Source of the DNA: Dehalococcoidia bacterium
GTDB taxonomy: Bacteria; Chloroflexota; Dehalococcoidia; Lucifugimonadales; VXLM01
DNA: 64,000 nt
Assembly: GCA_009841605.1 (NCBI GenBank)
Contig: VXLM01000139.1
Coordinates: 4,257-68,256, forward strand
Direction: 5' to 3'
Made by a program: the position numbers and the translations under genes. Shown here in pieces: positions 61,963 through 64,000 of this stretch. Position 1 is the stretch's first letter; each line of letters begins with the position of its first letter. The notes under the pieces are model-generated. The model made no database searches. It was not told where the DNA came from and saw nothing but the letters and a program-made list of their open reading frames with translations.

Positions 61963-62829
61963 CTATGCGGTGCTCAAAAGATTGTCTTCGTCCGGGGAAA
62001 AGCGGTGGGGACTCAACCGCCGCTTCTCGTCCTGTGTGCGCCGCTCTTCGTCGTTGTACCACTTGAAGAAGGCGATCACGATGAGCGTCAGGAACAGTAG
62101 GCTCCCGCCGACCTTCATGATGATGCCCCCGATCTGCTGGTCCACTAGGGGGGAAAGTGTCCAGATCTGCGGGGCCTTCTCGTACCATTCATACAGCGGC
62201 TGCTTCGAGAACGTCACGAACGCAAACACGAATATCTGCGTTATCGAAAGCGCGAACAGGTAGACCATCTGCAGCGAGTATGACAGACGAGGCAGCTCCG
62301 GCATCGAGCTCGTCAGAGGCCACCACATCAGCATCGCCGCCCCGATGAACATCAGGTGCTCGGTGACGTGTACGGCGTGCACCGTAACCGACAGGTTGTA
62401 CAGGTCCGGCACGTGCCACAGCGCGAACACTAGATTGAATACCACCACCGCGACCACCGGACGCGTCGCGAAGCGCCACACGTAGAAGCTCAGGTTGGGC
62501 CGGAGCAGCGGACGTATCAGCCAGTCCGGCGTGCCCAGTATCAGCAGCGGCGGCGCCACCAGCGTCAGCAGCACGTGCTGCGTCATGTGAGCGCTGAACA
62601 GGTAGTGGTCGCCCAGGATGTGGAGCGGCGAGAGCAGCGAGAAGAATATCACCAGCACGCCTGCCGTGAACGTCGCGATCTTCTTCGGATCGATGTCGTC
62701 CGCGAGGTTCCACCGCTCGCGCAGGGGACCTACGCCGAACAGGTACGCGCCTTCCAGCAACGCAAGGCCGACTACCACTTCGACGTGGCCGTGCCAGTGT
62801 GTCCAAATGGGGCGAATGGACTCTTCCAC
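61963..62829 (-). CDS. ctaG: cytochrome c oxidase assembly factor CtaG (caa3-type)
   Basis: 288 aa polytopic protein. HMTQHVLLTLVAPPLLILG matches the Caa3_CtaG signature. Confidence 0.8.
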   Translation of the reverse strand: MEESIRPIWTHWHGHVEVVVGLALLEGAYLFGVGPLRERWNLADDIDPKKIATFTAGVLVIFFSLLSPLHILGDHYLFSAHMTQHVLLTLVAPPLLILGTPDWLIRPLLRPNLSFYVWRFATRPVVAVVVFNLVFALWHVPDLYNLSVTVHAVHVTEHLMFIGAAMLMWWPLTSSMPELPRLSYSLQMVYLFALSITQIFVFAFVTFSKQPLYEWYEKAPQIWTLSPLVDQQIGGIIMKVGGSLLFLTLIVIAFFKWYNDEERRTQDEKRRLSPHRFSPDEDNLLSTA

Positions 62830-62862
62830 GTCCTGGACCCGTCTCCTTCCGTCCCGCGCGTC

Positions 62863-63192
62863 CTATACGAAGAACTTGAACAGCGCCAGCAGGGATATGC
62901 CTACCCCGAAGGCCAGCACCAGCCCGCCGACGAAAAGCGCCGAAAAGAGCTTGGCGTCATACCGCAGGTGCATGTAGAACATCGCCACGAGAGCGAACTT
63001 CGCGCCCGACAGGATCACCAATACGGGAATGATGCCGTGCTTCAACCCCTCCAGGTAGAAGACGCCGACCTCGATCGCCGTGATCACCGACAGGATCATC
63101 GCCACCGTAAAGTAGGTGCGCGCCGTCGGGTGACCCGTATCTACGTTTGAATGAGTGTTATCGTCGCTTGGTCCGTGTGCCATTTCCCGCAC
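62863..63192 (-). CDS. ctaF: cytochrome c oxidase subunit IV (bacterial COX4_pro type)
   Basis: About 106-109 aa with three TM helices. HP..RTYFTVAMILSVITAIEV pattern. Immediately downstream of subunit III. ATG 63183 is an alternative start. Confidence 0.75.
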   Translation of the reverse strand: MREMAHGPSDDNTHSNVDTGHPTARTYFTVAMILSVITAIEVGVFYLEGLKHGIIPVLVILSGAKFALVAMFYMHLRYDAKLFSALFVGGLVLAFGVGISLLALFKFFV

Positions 63193-63207
63193 CTTGCCTT
63201 AATCCCG

Positions 63208-63942
63208 CTAGTCGAACCCTGGGAACACGCCGAACAGATACACCACCGTGAAGATGATAATCCACACTATATCGACGAAGTGCCAGTACAGTGCCGCCAG
63301 GTCGATCTCCTCGTGCTTCGCCGGTGTGATCCCGCCCTTCCTCAACGAGAAGAAGAATATCGACAGCAGCCATATCACCCCGATCGTCACGTGCCCCCCG
63401 TGGAAGCCCGTTAACGTGAAGAACGTCGTCCCGAACAGGTTCGTCCTCGGTGTCAGTCCCGCGTCCACCGACACGTAATCTTTCGTGCCGTCGCACCGGT
63501 CGACGAACGTCGCCTCGAAGTCCGTCAACTCTTCGACGTTCAGATTCTTGCAGTCGAGCTCGAAGTGGTAGTTCACGAACTCATTGAACTCGAACACCTG
63601 GAACGCCAGGAACGTCGCTCCCATGATGCACGTCGAGAGCAGCCATATCCGAAAGCCCTTCATGTTCCCGCGAGTCAGCGCGCTGTACGCCAGCACCATG
63701 CTCATGCTGCTCATCAGAAGCACGAACGTGCTCGTCGACGTCGTCAGAATGTCGAACACGTCCTCCGGGAACGGCCCGACCTGGCTCCGGTTCTTATATA
63801 CCAGGTACGTCGCGATGAACGTCCCGAAGAACATGCAGTCCGAGCCCAGGAAGGCCCACATGAGCAACTTCTTGTGGCTCAGACCCGTCGTCGTATCGTG
63901 TTCTTCGTGCCCGCCCGTATGGGCGACTTCTGCGTTTGCCAC
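63208..63942 (-). CDS. ctaE: cytochrome c oxidase subunit III
   Basis: 244 aa with a GTG start after GGAGA. FHGGHVTIGVIWL and ALYWHFVDIVWI signatures. Confidence 0.9.
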   Translation of the reverse strand: MANAEVAHTGGHEEHDTTTGLSHKKLLMWAFLGSDCMFFGTFIATYLVYKNRSQVGPFPEDVFDILTTSTSTFVLLMSSMSMVLAYSALTRGNMKGFRIWLLSTCIMGATFLAFQVFEFNEFVNYHFELDCKNLNVEELTDFEATFVDRCDGTKDYVSVDAGLTPRTNLFGTTFFTLTGFHGGHVTIGVIWLLSIFFFSLRKGGITPAKHEEIDLAALYWHFVDIVWIIIFTVVYLFGVFPGFD

Positions 63943-63954
63943 GTACTTCTCCGT

Positions 63955-64000
63955 TTAGACTCTATCCTTCAGAATACGTTCGTCATGAGCAGCCCTACGC
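63955..64000 (-). CDS. 3' end of an upstream ORF truncated by the window edge (possibly cytochrome oxidase subunit I)
   Basis: The frame ending ...RRAAHDERILKDRV-TAA stops 12 nt before ctaE. The call rests on operon logic only and the fragment is too short to verify. Confidence 0.2.
   Translation of the reverse strand, partial: RRAAHDERILKDRV

Overview
GC-rich bacterial chromosomal segment with about 57 protein-coding genes on both strands. I found no rRNA, tRNA, CRISPR array, transposase, integrase or phage genes. Gene content, Pro/Thr-rich tethers on exported proteins and F420-type LLM enzymes fit a monoderm Chloroflexota-like (possibly SAR202-like) organism. This taxonomic guess is inference only. 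Functional blocks, left to right: GMC oxidoreductase and a GcvT-like aminomethyltransferase; a complete Opp/Dpp-type peptide ABC importer (SBP, 2 permeases, 2 ATPases) ending in a lipoprotein-type PCMT; a membrane-embedded spermidine-synthase-like fusion; a FAD oxidoreductase, a CPA-type antiporter with CBS pair, a threonine dehydratase-like enzyme, a Zn-ADH, Uma2 and an ALDH; a Kelch lipoprotein; LLM-gcvT-gcvH-gcvPA-gcvPB; a fatty-acid block (hot-dog pair, plsX, fabG, fabL); a homocysteine methyltransferase; an orphan OppDF-like ATPase pair; Phd/VapC; two giant double-FtsX permeases flanking an 8-bladed PQQ-like propeller; YgfZ, a class-A beta-lactamase-like hydrolase, an ADP-ribosylglycohydrolase and an FMN reductase; two tandem D-threonine-aldolase/DSD1-like paralogs; infC-rpmI-rplT; a decayed CoA-transferase; SCO1 and the ctaG/ctaF/ctaE cytochrome oxidase genes. 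The most unusual signal is non-coding. Almost every intergenic spacer carries short hairpin or terminal-inverted-repeat elements from at least ten families. These elements are inserted into one another's hairpin loops up to four layers deep. Apart from one inverted family-E variant copy and the H element's own second arm, all copies have the same orientation, and their stems show compensatory substitutions. Some supply start-proximal or stop-proximal codons of real genes. The best protein-level candidate for an undescribed system is the ATPase-less FtsX-propeller-FtsX operon (40211-48910). All domain calls rest on motifs read by eye, and no database search was possible.
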